A program made the position numbers and the translations under genes. Of a stretch of DNA of 53,378 bases, positions 50,901-53,378 are shown piece after piece; positions within the stretch are counted from its first letter, which is position 1; every line of letters starts with the position of its first letter. This stretch comes from Actinomycetota bacterium. Lineage in GTDB: Bacteria; Actinomycetota; Thermoleophilia; Solirubrobacterales; Thermoleophilaceae. Location of the stretch: NCBI GenBank assembly GCA_019246335.1, contig JAFAQQ010000058.1, positions 1 to 53,378 on the forward strand, in the 5' to 3' direction. The notes beneath the pieces were generated by a model that was given only the letters and a program-made list of their open reading frames with translations, had not been told where the DNA came from and ran no database searches.

Positions 50901-52258
50901 TTCGGCGAGTCCGACTTCCGGCAGGGGAACCCCTTGCGCGGGATCCAGGGATTCGAGTGGTCGAGCGAGCTGGTCTGGGTCGCCGCTCCCGGGCAGCGAC
51001 GAAGGATGTCCTTGCGGTAGCCGGTCAAACCGCCCTGCGAGGGCGGCACGGGCACGAGCGAGCCCTGGTTGTTGAGCGTGTAGCCGCTTCCCTGGAAGGA
51101 GATTCGCGTGTAGCGGCCATTGGCGTCGTAGTAGGTGCTCGTGGTGCCGCCGAACCCGTTCAGCTGGCCGCCCACGAAGTCGGGCGTGTAGGGGCGAACC
51201 TCGTCGAGGATCGGCAGGGAGAGCGTTGTGGTCCGGACGCCCGAGCGCAGCGCTGGGAGCGCGATGCGCTCGAGCGGCGGAAGCGCGCGCAGGACCCCGA
51301 GCAGGTCGAGCCGGCCCGGGCTGTCGATCAGGGCGCGCAGCGCCGGTATGACCTGCACCCCCTGCTCGGCCACCGGCTGGAGCCGCGTGAGGAACTCGTT
51401 GAGCAGCGGCGCCACGGGCCGCGCCTCGCGGACCGCTGGCCGGACGTCCTCGATCGTGCTGCGGAGGTTGACGAGCGTCGTGTTCGCCTCGCGCAGCGTC
51501 GGCGGCAGCTGGCGGAGGGAGTCGTCGAGCGCCGCGGTCTGCGAGGCAACCGCGGAGAGGGTCTGGCCGGCAGCGGGAACAAGCCGCTCGACCGCGCCGC
51601 TTCGCGAAGCCACCGCGCCCACGACGTCCGCGGACTCGAGCAGGAACCGCTCGAACCGAGGCTGGTCTCGCACGATCTCGGCCGCTGTCGTGGCGGTCTG
51701 CGAGAGCGCCGGGTTGAGGTCGTGGATCGCCGCGTTGAACTCCTGAGGCGCATGCCCGCCGCTCGCCCGGCCCAGCCCCCGCACGGCGGCCTGGAGGTCG
51801 CTCAGGGTGCGCGGATCGAGCGAGTTCAGCACCTCGTCGAGGTCGACCTCGGCGCCCGAGTTGCTCGCGCCGATCTCGCCGCCGTTCGGGATCCGCGGCC
51901 CGTTGCTCGGGCCGGGCGTGAGGGTCACGTAGCGCCCGGCGATGCTCGCCAGCCCGACCGAGCGGACCTCGATCCGGCTCGGCTGGTGCAGCGGCACCAG
52001 CGAGCCATCGTCGATCGAGAGGGTGAGCTGCGCCTGGCCGCTTCGGTCGAGGGTGATCGAGTCGACCGACCCGACCGGTACGCCTCCGACCTTGACCTGG
52101 TCGCCGGCGATCAGCTGGCTCGCGTTCTCGAGCGTCGCGTGCACCCGGTAGGACGGGCCCGAGCCGAGGACGAGCAGCGCGACGAGGACGATGGCGAGGG
52201 CGATCGCGGCACCGGTCAACAGGCGGCGCGCGAGCTGCGCGCCCCTACCGATCGGCAA
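50897..52258 (-). CDS. MCE-family protein, 1st in array
   Basis: TTG at 52258 is preceded by GGGGAGGAG. TM segment (AAIALAIVLVALLVLG) plus ..YRVHATLENASQLIAGDQVKVGGVPVGSV.. Confidence 0.88.
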   Translation of the reverse strand: MPIGRGAQLARRLLTGAAIALAIVLVALLVLGSGPSYRVHATLENASQLIAGDQVKVGGVPVGSVDSITLDRSGQAQLTLSIDDGSLVPLHQPSRIEVRSVGLASIAGRYVTLTPGPSNGPRIPNGGEIGASNSGAEVDLDEVLNSLDPRTLSDLQAAVRGLGRASGGHAPQEFNAAIHDLNPALSQTATTAAEIVRDQPRFERFLLESADVVGAVASRSGAVERLVPAAGQTLSAVASQTAALDDSLRQLPPTLREANTTLVNLRSTIEDVRPAVREARPVAPLLNEFLTRLQPVAEQGVQVIPALRALIDSPGRLDLLGVLRALPPLERIALPALRSGVRTTTLSLPILDEVRPYTPDFVGGQLNGFGGTTSTYYDANGRYTRISFQGSGYTLNNQGSLVPVPPSQGGLTGYRKDILRRCPGAATQTSSLDHSNPWIPRKGFPCRKSDSPK

Positions 52259-52353
52259 GCGGCTCCTCCCCTGGAACGCTCACTCCCCAGGCGACGGTAT
52301 ACGAGCGTCGCTCGCCGTGCGCCGGATGCCCCCCGGAGCGGGGCGGGCGCGGG

Positions 52354-53187
52354 CTACGCGGCCGCCGCCGCGCGGTCCACGCGGCGGTCCGCGCTGCGGG
52401 CGGGCGGAAACTCGCGCATGATCCGCGGCAGGACGGGGAGGAGCGAGCTGATCATCACGCGCGAGGCCTCCAGCAGGCGCTCGCGACCAGGGCTCCACGG
52501 CACCCCGATCTCGGCGCGCAAGCGCTCGGGGAGCAGGCCGACGGTCACGAGGTTCAGCGCGGCAAGGAGGGGCCGGGCGACGAACGGGAGGTCCGGCCGC
52601 AGCGTGGCGTCGACCACGTCGCGCAGGGCGTCGGTGACCGCCAGGCGATCGCTCGCCAGCATGTCGCGCACGTACAGGTTGAAGTCCGAGAAGCTGTCCG
52701 GCTGCCGCTCACGCGGAATCCCGAACTTCTCGCCGAGCAGCTTCTGCTCCTCGTAGTAAGCGCGCTGCTCCGCGATCGTGAGGCGTCCGACGTAGCGCGT
52801 GTAGACGAGCAGCGACGTATCGACGAGCGTCGCGTGGACCCACATCAAAAGCTCGGGGTCCTGGGCGTCGTACGGCGTGCCAGCCGGGTATCCGCCACCG
52901 GCCTCGGACGTCTCACCGTGGACCCGCTTGTGGACAGCGCGGATGCGTGCGGCCGCCTCCTCCGCGGTCTCGGCGCCGCCGAACACGATCTTCGTCGTCA
53001 AGTCGAGCGTGCGGTAGAGCCGCCCCCATGGGTCCTCCCGGTAGTTCGAGTGCTCGGCCACCCCGGCGGCGACGAGCGGATGGGCCACCTGCAGCACCAG
53101 CGCGCGGCCGCCGCCGAGCAGCAGGACGCCCTCCCTATTGACGCGCCAGGTCATGGACCCTGGGCCGAACAGACCGGCGTCGGCCAT
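52354..53187 (-). CDS. DUF2236 / MpaB-family (putative oxygenase) protein
   Basis: Contains ..GLFGPGSMTWRVNREGVLLLGGGRALVLQVAHPLVAAGV.. and ..RIRAVHKRVHG.., typical of the family. The start is uncertain (ATG 53187, 53220 or 53241) and no good RBS is visible. Confidence 0.65.
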   Translation of the reverse strand: MADAGLFGPGSMTWRVNREGVLLLGGGRALVLQVAHPLVAAGVAEHSNYREDPWGRLYRTLDLTTKIVFGGAETAEEAAARIRAVHKRVHGETSEAGGGYPAGTPYDAQDPELLMWVHATLVDTSLLVYTRYVGRLTIAEQRAYYEEQKLLGEKFGIPRERQPDSFSDFNLYVRDMLASDRLAVTDALRDVVDATLRPDLPFVARPLLAALNLVTVGLLPERLRAEIGVPWSPGRERLLEASRVMISSLLPVLPRIMREFPPARSADRRVDRAAAAA

Positions 53188-53233
53188 CTGTGGATCGTAA
53201 ACCGCGGAGCCGGGTACCATGCGGCCCGTGGCG

Positions 53234-53378
53234 ATGTTCATCTGGATGATGTTCGTCCTGAAGATCCCGATCGTCATGCTCCTGGCGCTGGTGTGGTGGG
53301 CGGTCAAGAACACCGACCAGCAGCACGAGCAGGAGCTCGACAGCCGCGGGGGCGGGGGCGCGCACCATCCGCGGCCGA
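53234..53378 (+). CDS. N-terminus of a membrane protein (3' end outside window), not in ORF track
   Basis: ATG at 53234. Product MFIWMMFVLKIPIVMLLALVWWAVKNTDQQHEQELDS.. has nearly uniform G/C third positions. It is divergent from the DUF2236 gene. Confidence 0.4.
   Translation, partial: MFIWMMFVLKIPIVMLLALVWWAVKNTDQQHEQELDSRGGGGAHHPRP

Noticed and set aside
43695-52756. Multiple 400-740-aa ORFs overlapping the MCE array (e.g. 43695-45212 +, 44491-46707 -, 45384-46883 +, 46706-48121 +, 48529-49776 +, 49641-51020 +, 50957-52756 +)
   Set aside because: All are R/D/E/P/G-rich shadows. Only the minus-strand frames carrying TM plus MlaD-domain sequence are credible.

Overview
Very G+C-rich chromosomal window. 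Third codon positions are almost all G/C, GTG/TTG starts are frequent, and many neighbouring genes overlap as GTGA/ATGA. This looks like an actinobacterial-type genome (possibly Thermoleophilia/Rubrobacteria-like), but taxonomy cannot be fixed from the sequence alone. Content from left to right: (1) the distal part of a complex I operon, nuoF (truncated) to nuoN, 2-11034. (2) A housekeeping/accessory stretch, 11-30 kb: GT-C-type membrane protein, secreted beta-helix protein, DUF2510 protein, thyX, rpe, acs, Tat-exported GH3 glycosidase, CBS and ACT proteins, def, SDR, Fpg/Nei, rpiB, kinase-like phosphotransferase, HAD hydrolase and several exported hypotheticals. (3) An eight-gene minus-strand operon of exported/membrane proteins (29956-37814) built around YcnI (DUF1775) and a CopC-CopD fusion. 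Its other six members are unassignable, and two of them are missing from the supplied ORF track. This is my best candidate for an undescribed system. (4) Aldehyde dehydrogenase, a quinone oxidoreductase, a DEAD-box helicase translationally coupled to a cyclophilin, and a PfkB kinase. (5) Six tandem, translationally coupled MCE-family genes (43785-52258) with no yrbE permease gene beside them; a DUF2236/MpaB-family gene sits upstream instead. I found no rRNA, tRNA, CRISPR array, transposase or integrase. The many long R/P/G-rich ORFs in the track are antisense or off-frame shadows typical of high-GC DNA.
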